A stretch of 64,000 nt of DNA from Escherichia phage FFH2. How positions within the stretch are numbered: the first letter of the stretch is position 1; every line of letters begins with the position of its first letter. Both the position numbers and the translations under genes were made by a program. Of this stretch, positions 16,601-24,841 are shown one piece after another. The notes under the pieces are model-generated. The model was not told the DNA's origin. It did no database searches and saw only the letters and a list, made by a program, of their open reading frames with translations. The DNA is taken from the sequence record KJ190158; one strand, 5' to 3'.

Positions 16601-19313
16601 CTGTAAAGATTGCAGGATTTACCCTTGCCTGACGCGGAGGGTAACCTGTAGTTTGGTTAAACCACAGATTGCAAGAGTAATCCCTCATATAGTCATAATC
16701 AGAGTATTTGTTTACATCTTCGTTCCAACACATGTTCAGGTTGGTACCGCCCATGCATACAATATATTCTGCGACATACTTATCACTTCTGGTAGGAATA
16801 CCTATGAACCATCTGTTAACAGGCTCATCCCAAGCTGTGCGCTCATCTTTAACGCAGATAGCAATCCAGTCATGTGTTCCTGTTTTCTTGCACACATCTC
16901 GCTTCATACCATAGTAGAACTCTTTAGTATTCGGCTCAGGTGCATTTATCAGGTAACTCCATGCCTGATTTGCATAAGTCCCATTGGTGCGCGGATCATG
17001 ATCAAAGGCATACATGATGATCCTTTCCCCACCAAGATGTTCGCCAAGAGTAACTTTGACATTCACATCGCCGTAACCGTTGCGAACAACATCCATATTG
17101 TCAATAGAGATGCCTCTAGGAGTGTAGGCAATTTTCAGTGAGTTATTCTCATTAGCGCCACCAAGAGTGACCCCTATGTTGTTTGTTGTCCCGTCGGCAT
17201 ATCTTACTGTAGCTTCCCAGCGTATTCCGAAATATCCTGCATCATGGCTGACAATTTTCAGTGTACGAGCTCCCGGGTGAGGTTTTCCAGGATCAGGCCA
17301 AGGGTCTGGGTGTTCGTGAACAGTCAACGACGTTCCGTTCTGCTCATTAACCTGCAACATTTTACCACCCTTGCCATTAGGATTGAACTCCCACAAGGCT
17401 TGTGTTTTCACAATATTGTCATACGTGGCGCGTCTTTGATCGTAGATCTCTTGGGTCACATCATAAGTGACTGATCCAGCATCCATTCTGTAGAGTCTGA
17501 CCATATACGATGTATCCCCTTCTACTGCAGGCTGGGTCCCATTCAGCCCAAAGTATACAGTATCGTTAACATGGAACTGCTTGTTTCTACCAACGGTATG
17601 CCACTTGCCGTTGGACGGATACGCAGGAACTATAGTGTTCCAGTTCAAAGTCCTTGTCGTATAGGTTCTTCCAGTGCCATGCTTGTCATGGTAGGTGATC
17701 TTGATAGAATACAAACCACGTCTGTTGATGTTACGGTTATACTGGGTGACCACAACTTCGTTAGCACCACCATGGTTCCAGTTAGTGGAGAACTGATAGT
17801 TTGCATCTGTAACAACAGTGCCTGCAGCATTTACCAACTCAATCTTGTCAATAATGAACGTAGCACCCTCCGGCTGAGGTTTCAATTTCATCTTGACAGT
17901 ATCTCCGATGTAAATGTTGCTAACATTGCTCACACCATTGACATCAAAGATGTCTTCGATACCCCAGCTATCTACCGGGACATTTTTATACCAATTCTCC
18001 GGAATCTCTGTGAACCCTTGGCTGTTAAGTCTGCCGCCAAAGAGGTTATTAGATCCTGAAAAACTACCACGTGGTATTCCTGACCACCAAAGCTTTCCAT
18101 TTACCACACAGAATGTGCCTAAGAAACCTTCCCTGTGGATCCCTTGAAAATAAACGCTTTCTGTCCAGCTTACTGGCTCTGTCTGTTCAACAAACTTAGC
18201 TGTTGCCAGCGCTCTGTAATGAATAAAATTGGCCCTAGGACTATTATTAGCAGATTGAGCACCAATATCGTTACACAGGTTTCTGGAGAAACCACGGTAC
18301 TGTTTTGTACCATTATTGAAGAAAATTCCACTAGTCCCGTACCCGCGAGCCATAATTACTTCATGGGTATAGGTGATGTTAAGGCTTCTCCACGTGTCGT
18401 CACCCCAAACATCCTGACCATAAAACACATTAACAAGCTGTTGGTCATCAGGTTTGTGCATCCTTTCTGTGGCTATAATTGCACCATTAGGTCCACACAT
18501 GAACCCTTTCCATGTCTCGCCCACCGGGATGCCTTTAAACTGGTCAAGAGTCACATGCTCGGCTGGATAAACTAGTGTGTTTTTGCTGTTATTTCTTAAG
18601 AAATCGTAACCTGCAATCCAGAATCCGTTAGGACCACCAAAAATAACCGAGTTGTCATGAACTTCACAATTAATTCTTGGATTTTTCCAAGGACCTGTCT
18701 CTGGACTTTCAGATGTTTCACCGATCTTAACTGGAGTAGCGTGTTGACTTTTGTCAACATGAAGAGAGCCGTAAGTATTATTGCCAGAGCCGTACAGGTG
18801 AAGCATACCATCAGCCTCTGGTGCAGCAATTACCCACACTGTATTGTTTACGCCACCCATTACTTCAACAAGTCTCTCAGGATGGGTGTCCAAATGCAAC
18901 CCTGTTACGATCTGTTCCGGCAAAGGTGTCCACTCTCTGACACAAACATCGTTTCCACCTGCTGCCTCCGATCCGATAAGACCAGCTGTGCAACCAATAT
19001 AGAAAAATTTATTATCGAATGTGCGGATTACAAATGCACGGTCAGCTCTCCAAACATGGTCTACGTTCCAAGCTGCCTCATTAGGATAGTTTATTGTATC
19101 AAGATCTCCAGTCCGACACTCTCCGAACCTATTATAGCCAGTAATATTAAGCTGACCATCATCAAAAAGTATAGCTAAGCTATTTACATAGGATACTGTG
19201 TTGCTTGTACCATCACTGTTGTCTATTGGGTATGACAGAACAGCAAGTTCCTTAATTCCACCCCTCTTATCGAGGAAATGACGACCAAGTTTTAGCAAAG
19301 GGATTGGAAGCAT
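13686..19313 (-). CDS. Giant tail fibre or tailspike-like structural protein (1875 aa)
   Basis: Size and position in the fibre block; Ig-like segment TGLVTFKATGNVTIKFVV near C-terminus; Gly/Asn/Thr-rich repetitive composition. Confidence 0.55.
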   Translation of the reverse strand: MLPIPLLKLGRHFLDKRGGIKELAVLSYPIDNSDGTSNTVSYVNSLAILFDDGQLNITGYNRFGECRTGDLDTINYPNEAAWNVDHVWRADRAFVIRTFDNKFFYIGCTAGLIGSEAAGGNDVCVREWTPLPEQIVTGLHLDTHPERLVEVMGGVNNTVWVIAAPEADGMLHLYGSGNNTYGSLHVDKSQHATPVKIGETSESPETGPWKNPRINCEVHDNSVIFGGPNGFWIAGYDFLRNNSKNTLVYPAEHVTLDQFKGIPVGETWKGFMCGPNGAIIATERMHKPDDQQLVNVFYGQDVWGDDTWRSLNITYTHEVIMARGYGTSGIFFNNGTKQYRGFSRNLCNDIGAQSANNSPRANFIHYRALATAKFVEQTEPVSWTESVYFQGIHREGFLGTFCVVNGKLWWSGIPRGSFSGSNNLFGGRLNSQGFTEIPENWYKNVPVDSWGIEDIFDVNGVSNVSNIYIGDTVKMKLKPQPEGATFIIDKIELVNAAGTVVTDANYQFSTNWNHGGANEVVVTQYNRNINRRGLYSIKITYHDKHGTGRTYTTRTLNWNTIVPAYPSNGKWHTVGRNKQFHVNDTVYFGLNGTQPAVEGDTSYMVRLYRMDAGSVTYDVTQEIYDQRRATYDNIVKTQALWEFNPNGKGGKMLQVNEQNGTSLTVHEHPDPWPDPGKPHPGARTLKIVSHDAGYFGIRWEATVRYADGTTNNIGVTLGGANENNSLKIAYTPRGISIDNMDVVRNGYGDVNVKVTLGEHLGGERIIMYAFDHDPRTNGTYANQAWSYLINAPEPNTKEFYYGMKRDVCKKTGTHDWIAICVKDERTAWDEPVNRWFIGIPTRSDKYVAEYIVCMGGTNLNMCWNEDVNKYSDYDYMRDYSCNLWFNQTTGYPPRQARVNPAIFTDTQVFLTKQANEVQTFKNTYDPNKWFYNCYGAYFWGPAELPDSGSCFEAATYGSDYIMGQVKKYKMIPGPETLGNAVDPYINFAALHANMDGARYPFDVPVANGYRRVVMIIKCDLIGKQVLAENGTSTHPFEVALHYQFADSPYAGDKRISDTDSKRCKKVLLGAGWWWYEFDLTDKFTDDTKTLTGIRLDLGENMHKAVCDGTYGDPTVYLKYVSLEHPEDAVIGPKLKLFGAWIAKDRVGMGKKVRGFLIDAGTEDMLVNAVWPTLEGTAYNNAARSINWFNIHRAMWTTNCYLWRELNDQAFGFSNGRRMAIICWTTLQRCYDHDYEIGGRAWKDIRDRIIYNFADDNGGGAYNFGTSRLIHLNGSSAYKKEGYSGSMIEWGLVKDARVLMGQQLAAAIGPSAVQSVKPAWFDIPLWSPGTPGTAAINPTTGDLEISWEDLKQVGGWDKTGYQVQWWRADGSLAADEFVKDNFYTMSSAKAQQLFGQATPSTITMSMCCKDNRTGALGPRVAKVFSGIKWNLPVQSISWKQIGDNKLLVTPACQFNATLNVDPAVAANSAKASDFSVSNTAMADVRKIDTLNARITCKNTYGTFQIINNFTDADSKVVRTASQTLSLGTLAYAALITEQSATLQGGGVGKSIATPVWKPNEWVVFDLTVDFSSDNNWTWVRNCLSQLMGGPSSVSDSHDSTDPSVFQVGKTHPETGETLPDRKYALVCISYGKADVTFSGTHTYNGTYNFSRKYSLKAGNIIDEVGVLYNPGNGIGIVGGKLQMQEPSITPSNVSGIRKTWESSNTNIATVDATTGLVTFKATGNVTIKFVVRDDAGRKTSSTSFTVRQMAPQWFIWEGNPLDGAYPRPAGTSNMRVFTGPVMDNPTTTTNPTFFGAYIPEIIGLPRNQIQLLFGAGVDGLATFGYSDNIDAARSSGWIGFKFQWYPGGRTLGLASIGIMLPGNQQYHLEAYTNFPS

Positions 19314-19320
19314 TGTGTTC

Positions 19321-19354
19321 TCCAGATAAGAAAACCGCCCCGTCAGGAGCGGTT
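19321..19354 (-). terminator. Hairpin AACCGC...GCGGTT with U-rich tail, copy 1
   Basis: Inside duplicated unit. Confidence 0.45.
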
Positions 19355-19361
19355 AGATATA

Positions 19362-19649
19362 TTAACGTTGTGCAATTACTACGTCTACAATATCACCAAC
19401 ACCACAATACGTTAATTGCAGCAAGGTAACACTGTTAGCCTTGTTGTTAATAACAGGTGTTGCCGACAGGATAGCATACTTATCGTGCAAAGTCACGTTG
19501 TGACCTAGTACTGGGCTATTTACATAGGATACTGTGTTGCTTGTACCATCACTGTTGTCTATTGGGTATGACAGAACAGCAAGTTCCTTAATTCCACCCC
19601 TCTTATCGAGGAAATGACGACCAAGTTTTAGCAAAGGGATTGGAAGCAT
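19362..19649 (-). pseudogene. Chimeric ORF made by tandem duplication: N-terminus of the 1875-aa fibre fused to C-terminus of the 581-aa protein
   Basis: First 45 aa identical to start of 13686-19313 product; last ~43 aa identical to end of 19698-21443 product; lies within duplicated copy. Confidence 0.45.
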
Positions 19650-19656
19650 TGTGTTC

Positions 19657-19690
19657 TCCAGATAAGAAAACCGCCCCGTCAGGAGCGGTT
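19657..19690 (-). terminator. Same hairpin, copy 2 (after the 581-aa gene)
   Basis: Identical to copy 1, offset 336 bp. Confidence 0.45.
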
Positions 19691-19697
19691 AGATATA

Positions 19698-21443
19698 TTA
19701 ACGTTGTGCAATTACTACGTCTACAATATCACCAACACCACAATACGTTAATTGCAGCAAGGTAACACTGTTAGCCTTGTTGTTAATAACAGGTGTTGCC
19801 GACAGGATAGCATACTTATCGTGCAAAGTCACGTTGTGACCTACAGCATCCTGAATGACATAGATAACTGCAGTGAATGGATAAGGTTTATCTTCCGCTG
19901 ATGTCCCAGGCCACTGTCCTATTGTAAAATCCCCTTTCGCGTGGACAACATACATGCTGGCCTGCCCGTTAGGTGTCCATGTCCCACTGGACGCGTCAAC
20001 CTCCTCTAAGTCAAAATCTACCTTTCCTGCGTGGAAAGTAGGGGCAGTAATGGTTTTACCCGCCTCAATTTCTTGAGAGGTGGTTATCTTACCACTGGAG
20101 TTAATGCCATTACAGACAAAGTTGACATTAGAGAAGTCTGGCAGCCACCCGGTCACTGTGCCGGATATTTCAAGGTTGTGAAGGTGGGTGGTGCCAGTCC
20201 CTGCGGCGTTTAAACTAACATCTCCATTTACCTGCAAGTTTCTGGTAATGTTGCAGTTTTCAGAGTTTGCAGTTGTTGCAGTTAAAGTGGTGGTGGTTAG
20301 CTCGGTAATTGTACCTTTATTGGCTGTAAGCCCTTCTCCTTCAAAAGTTGCACGCTCATTGACTCTTAGAGTATTCAGAGCTATATTTTGGATAGAGGCT
20401 GTACCTCGAATAACTACAGACCCGCCAACCTCCAAATCGCCATTTATCAATGCATCACCCGTGCTTTCAATATAGCTAGGGTAGATCATGGTGCCATCGA
20501 CAGAGTATGTTATCCCTGTAACGGTACCTGTCACCTCAAGGTTCTTAACCCTGGTGGTCCCATCGACCTGCAATGTCGGTTCGGTTGCTGCCTTCATGGC
20601 ATTACCACGAATGTACACGTAGTCAAAAAAGTTATTACCCAGACCATCAAAATGCACATCGTTATTATTAGCCACTGGTTTCCCAGAAGTTATAGTGTCA
20701 GCTATAACCCTGTGGGTGGACACTTCATGAGGTTGCAGCTCTGTACTTCTCCAGTCTGCATGCTTAGGATCGCTCCACGCAAAAGTAAGTGTAGAAGTAT
20801 TTGCCGTGAGGATTAGATTCCTAAAGCGTGCAGTAGAATCTGCCCCATTAACAGGTCCATGTAAGGTAAGGGTGCCACCAACTATAGTGTTAGCGAGTTC
20901 TGTAAGACCTTTTACCACCAAAGACCCTACAGTAACTTTCATCCCCTCCATGGCTTTAAATATGCTATCAACATAGTCAACAACAAACTCTGTGTTTGCT
21001 ATGGACTCTGACTTATCGTCCATTGGAGGTGTAGGTACTCGTGGGTCACCTTCGAACCTCGGGCTGTTAAGTTTTGCGTAGTATTTTGCCATTACTGCAG
21101 AGTCGGTATATAATCTCCAGTTTGGAGATTGTGAAGGATCTGCTGGCATTCTAACCGGGTTAGATTTTGATGCTGCGGGAGCGTACCACCACTGGGGGCC
21201 TGTGTCCCCTTTAAACTCGTACAGCTGGTTAAAAACTGTTGTGGATGCACCATACGCCCAAGGGATCGGTGGCGTTTTAAAATAAAGGTTGTCAAGCATG
21301 GCTTTTCGTACCGTAGGGATGGTGGTCCCATCCTCTACGACAACTTCATCCACAGCGTTACCGTTGACAACCAAGTGCAAACGTTCAGAATCAACAATTA
21401 CTTGATCTACCGCCTGCTCAAAGCTTGTCATGTCTTGCGCCAT
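19698..21443 (-). CDS. Tail fibre or tailspike-like protein (581 aa)
   Basis: Position in fibre module; Thr/Gly/Asn-rich repetitive beta-type composition. Confidence 0.5.
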   Translation of the reverse strand: MAQDMTSFEQAVDQVIVDSERLHLVVNGNAVDEVVVEDGTTIPTVRKAMLDNLYFKTPPIPWAYGASTTVFNQLYEFKGDTGPQWWYAPAASKSNPVRMPADPSQSPNWRLYTDSAVMAKYYAKLNSPRFEGDPRVPTPPMDDKSESIANTEFVVDYVDSIFKAMEGMKVTVGSLVVKGLTELANTIVGGTLTLHGPVNGADSTARFRNLILTANTSTLTFAWSDPKHADWRSTELQPHEVSTHRVIADTITSGKPVANNNDVHFDGLGNNFFDYVYIRGNAMKAATEPTLQVDGTTRVKNLEVTGTVTGITYSVDGTMIYPSYIESTGDALINGDLEVGGSVVIRGTASIQNIALNTLRVNERATFEGEGLTANKGTITELTTTTLTATTANSENCNITRNLQVNGDVSLNAAGTGTTHLHNLEISGTVTGWLPDFSNVNFVCNGINSSGKITTSQEIEAGKTITAPTFHAGKVDFDLEEVDASSGTWTPNGQASMYVVHAKGDFTIGQWPGTSAEDKPYPFTAVIYVIQDAVGHNVTLHDKYAILSATPVINNKANSVTLLQLTYCGVGDIVDVVIAQR

Positions 21444-21452
21444 GATTTCTCC

Positions 21453-21719
21453 TTAAGCTTTTTGCTCTTCGTTTTTAACGTGGTCAGGGTGCTGGCAACC
21501 CCACCGGAGCGAGATGAATTTGCTAATAAGCTGGGGGCAAGCTACTGAAGGCGCGTATATCCACGCATACCATTCAGGAAGCGTATCATTATACCCCATA
21601 TGAATAAACACCCCAGTCATCACCGCCATGCCTATGTTCGACCATAGCTTAGTTTGGGACACTTTCGTAGGGTCATCAGATGCCGCAACCAGTCCCCATA
21701 AAAACTGAGTTAGTTTCAT
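21453..21719 (-). CDS. Small hydrophobic protein (88 aa), membrane-associated
   Basis: Hydrophobic stretches FLWGLVAA and IGMAVMTGVFIHMG; immediately downstream of RBP paralogue 2. Confidence 0.35.
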   Translation of the reverse strand: MKLTQFLWGLVAASDDPTKVSQTKLWSNIGMAVMTGVFIHMGYNDTLPEWYAWIYAPSVACPQLISKFISLRWGCQHPDHVKNEEQKA

Positions 21720-21730
21720 TTACCCTCTTT

Positions 21731-22774
21731 TTAAGCATAAGATATAGTGATCCATTGACCATTTACAAGTTTTTGGATAGCACCTGTCCAGTAATCACCT
21801 TGATAAGGGTGTTTATAAGCGTAGTTACCAGAGCACATCACATGTCCAGGGTAGACTCTTGACTCTCTGTAGGTGGTTTTGAAACGGTTTGCTATCCTTA
21901 CATCATCAACCCCTCTGCTGGGCATAGGGATAGTAAGGTTACCACTACTGTCTGCGCCGTTACCATTTACCCTGCGGACCACGTTTCTTCCACCAACTGT
22001 TGCATATTGACCCCTGACTGTTTCATTGTTACAATCAACTCTTCCACCTATTTGAGCGCTTCCGCAGGATTGTTGTCCGTTAACAGTGGCTCTTGGTATC
22101 GTGACCGCATTGGCATTTGCAGAGGAACTTTTTGCATCGTTGCATTCAAGATTTCCTTGGATGGCCAGTCTTGCACGGTTGGCAGTTATAGCATTGAGCT
22201 TCATAGCCGAAAACACAGGCTGCCCACCAGAAGGTTGAAATCTCCAACGGAACCCGTCTATTTGGTGAGAAGGATCATCAAGGTCTGTGCCGTCAGCACC
22301 ACCGATGTTGTCCATAATCCAGAAATCCATCGTCGTCTTGTCTGGAGTTATGGTGGTATATATTGCCGCATTGTCTGTTGACGCAGATGCAAACTCGATT
22401 CTTTGAAGACCTAAAGTTTGAGTCTGAGTCATTATGTCTCCAGACTTGTCAACATACAGATCGTCCATTTCTTCAGGCGAGTATACATTGAGAACTTGAC
22501 GTGCAGCAGCTTTGTCTGGAACGTCTGCTAGATTATTAGTGACCCTTAAGAATCTATTATCCCATCCTGGGACAACATCTTCTGTTAGATGCTTTAACCA
22601 CGCAGAAAGCATGTGAAGTTCAAAGTTAACAACTTCACATGCCACTCTTTGTGTCATATCCCAACCTTTCAATCTCTCTTCTTTTTTTGGTTGAGACTTA
22701 TTCAACTCTCCCGTATTTTCAAGCACAACATCCTGATTGGCCCAAATATCAAGAGGGATAACTGGTTTAGTCAT
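21731..22774 (-). CDS. Receptor-binding tail fibre protein, paralogue 2 (347 aa)
   Basis: Conserved termini with 23789-24829 product (N-terminal PLxIWA, central RWRFQP and LNAITANRA, C-terminal QKLVNGQWITxxYA); divergent centre. Confidence 0.55.
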   Translation of the reverse strand: MTKPVIPLDIWANQDVVLENTGELNKSQPKKEERLKGWDMTQRVACEVVNFELHMLSAWLKHLTEDVVPGWDNRFLRVTNNLADVPDKAAARQVLNVYSPEEMDDLYVDKSGDIMTQTQTLGLQRIEFASASTDNAAIYTTITPDKTTMDFWIMDNIGGADGTDLDDPSHQIDGFRWRFQPSGGQPVFSAMKLNAITANRARLAIQGNLECNDAKSSSANANAVTIPRATVNGQQSCGSAQIGGRVDCNNETVRGQYATVGGRNVVRRVNGNGADSSGNLTIPMPSRGVDDVRIANRFKTTYRESRVYPGHVMCSGNYAYKHPYQGDYWTGAIQKLVNGQWITISYA

Positions 22775-22814
22775 CGCGTTCTCCTGAGAAAATTCCTTAG
22801 GACTATTTTAACAC

Positions 22815-22854
22815 TTTAGAGAACAAAATGCAAGAACGGAGTCCTTTCCGTTCT
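22815..22854 (-). terminator. Intrinsic terminator, 8-bp stem AGAACGGA/TCCGTTCT plus U-tract
   Basis: After gene 22864-23178, before RBP paralogue 2. Confidence 0.5.
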
Positions 22855-22863
22855 GACCTTTGT

Positions 22864-23178
22864 TTACCTTTTACTATGCTCTACGAGCATGTGCAAAATC
22901 TTTTGTACATCAGCTCGGATACCGGAGACATCTGTCCTGACATCCTGCTTAAGGTCGTTAATATCGGCCTCTAGCTTGCTTAACCGGGTCTCGATAACGG
23001 AATCAAGTTTATCTTTTGTAACCATGCTGTTTTTCACTAAGATGAGGTCTTTCTCCAGTTCATCCAACCTCTTGGAAATGCCTTTCCATTTGGTGTGCCA
23101 CTGGTTGAAAGCCCATACACAGATCGGGACAACGGTACCCATGCAGATACCGTACAATGCCGCCAAATCCAACTCCAC
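22864..23178 (-). CDS. Membrane-anchored coiled-coil protein (104 aa); holin or other function unresolved
   Basis: N-terminal hydrophobic helix LAALYGICMGTVVPICVWAF followed by heptad-like charged region. Confidence 0.35.
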   Translation of the reverse strand: MELDLAALYGICMGTVVPICVWAFNQWHTKWKGISKRLDELEKDLILVKNSMVTKDKLDSVIETRLSKLEADINDLKQDVRTDVSGIRADVQKILHMLVEHSKR

Positions 23179-23189
23179 AACACCTCCTC

Positions 23190-23774
23190 TTAGAGGGTAG
23201 GTCGCTCCGGGAAGAAAATGTCAGGGGCTTTAGATGTATCTATTTCAAGAAGTTTTACCCTGTACATTTTCAAATCTCTGATGTTACGTTTCTGGTCATC
23301 AGTAAGATCATATTCAAGGTCAATCATGTCTTGATAGGCACCAATTCTAGCAGTAGCCCAAGCAAGTTCTGTCTCTATGACACCCTCTGCCTGTTGAACA
23401 AAGAATTCATTATCTGTGACAAATTCATCACCAACTAAACGCAAAGCGTCGTGGTGAAGCATAATGTTTTCTGGTACCTCTTCTTTTTTGGCGATAACCA
23501 CACGAAGACCTGGAGCAGGCCATAAGGCATCAGGTTCTTCTGTAGATGTCTTAAGAATTCCCTTCTCGTCAACAAGTAGGAAGATACAACCCGGATTTTC
23601 TTGTCGTAATGTTCGTGACTGCACATACCAATCGCCATCATCATTACGTAAAAAATACCCAGTGTATGCGGTGTAATCCTCAACCTCTTGAGGGGTCAGC
23701 TCCTTGGTTTCCTTGTTGGAGTGGTATTCGCCAGATCCCGGTTGGTAAAGTTTAAACTCTTGAAGTATTTTCAT
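23190..23774 (-). CDS. Putative tail fibre assembly chaperone (194 aa)
   Basis: Immediately downstream of RBP paralogue 1; C-terminal KLLEIDTSKAPDIFFPERP resembles the conserved tail of tail-fibre-assembly proteins. Confidence 0.45.
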   Translation of the reverse strand: MKILQEFKLYQPGSGEYHSNKETKELTPQEVEDYTAYTGYFLRNDDGDWYVQSRTLRQENPGCIFLLVDEKGILKTSTEEPDALWPAPGLRVVIAKKEEVPENIMLHHDALRLVGDEFVTDNEFFVQQAEGVIETELAWATARIGAYQDMIDLEYDLTDDQKRNIRDLKMYRVKLLEIDTSKAPDIFFPERPTL

Positions 23775-23788
23775 GCTAGTCCTCCGAT

Positions 23789-24829
23789 CTATGCATAATT
23801 AACAGTGATCCATTGACCATTTACAAGTTTTTGTAAAGGTCCTGCCCAGTAGGTTGAACCACGCATCTCTTTTTTGTCACCGAAATGCCAGCCTGTGACA
23901 ACGTAGCCGTTGCGGATTGGAGATTCAGAAACGCCGTCCACAAGTCTTGCACCGATTCTGATGTCTTGCACACCTGTCTGCGGGATAGTGATCGTTACAT
24001 CACCGTTACCGTTAGCCGTCACTCCATTCACGGAGCGCACCACATTTCTGTTACCGACAACACAGTGCTGGCTTCTTACAACCATACTGTCACAACTTGC
24101 ACCACCATTAACATATACTGACCCAGCCGTCAACTGACTAGCCACATTACAGTTGGTGAATGTTGCTGTATTGCTGATAGTAAGGTTATTGCACCTCATG
24201 TTATCGACAACTTCAACATTGCCTACCACTTTCAACAGCGCACGATTAGCCGTGATCGCGTTAAGGTACATCAAAGTGAACTCTGGATTAATATCCGGCT
24301 GAGTTGGCTGGAATCTCCAACGAAACGCATCTACCGTAGATGTACCACCATCATCAAACGACCCAGCATTATCACTTAACCCAAAGTCGAGAGTTGTCTT
24401 ATCCGGGCCAATAGTTGTCTCTATCCAAGCCTTATCTGTCTCGGCAGCTTTAAAGTTGATACGTTGCAAACCCAATGGGCCTGTCATTGTATCACCTGTA
24501 ACTTTTACATACCTGGCGTCTGCCTCTTCCTTAGTAATAATCCCAAGGTTTCTACGGGCAACAGGAATGTTCAAAAGATCACTCAAGTTATTATCACGTA
24601 CCAGATAACGGCCTTCTTGAGCGGGGATCTGCTCGTCAGCAATGTATTTTGCCCAAGTTCCGAGCATATTGAAAATATAGTTAAGTTCTTCACATGAGGG
24701 CTTTTGACCAAGATCCCAACCTTTTCTCCACAAATCATCAATCGGGCGTAGCCTGTTCTGTCTGTGGGTGTTAGGCAGAACCTGATCCTCCTCTGCCCAA
24801 ATCTCTAATGGAAAACTAGGTTTTGACAT
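23789..24829 (-). CDS. Receptor-binding tail fibre protein, paralogue 1 (346 aa)
   Basis: Paralogue of 21731-22774 with shared termini and divergent centre. Confidence 0.55.
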   Translation of the reverse strand: MSKPSFPLEIWAEEDQVLPNTHRQNRLRPIDDLWRKGWDLGQKPSCEELNYIFNMLGTWAKYIADEQIPAQEGRYLVRDNNLSDLLNIPVARRNLGIITKEEADARYVKVTGDTMTGPLGLQRINFKAAETDKAWIETTIGPDKTTLDFGLSDNAGSFDDGGTSTVDAFRWRFQPTQPDINPEFTLMYLNAITANRALLKVVGNVEVVDNMRCNNLTISNTATFTNCNVASQLTAGSVYVNGGASCDSMVVRSQHCVVGNRNVVRSVNGVTANGNGDVTITIPQTGVQDIRIGARLVDGVSESPIRNGYVVTGWHFGDKKEMRGSTYWAGPLQKLVNGQWITVNYA

Positions 24830-24841
24830 TTTATCTCCTGA

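Larger units (their letters stand above)
19179..19843. repeat. Tandem direct duplication: two 329-bp copies (19179-19507, 19515-19843), 7-bp spacer, 336-bp period
   Basis: Copies identical over the checked stretches; each spans the 581-aa gene 3' end, the terminator hairpin and the 1875-aa gene 5' end. Confidence 0.8.
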
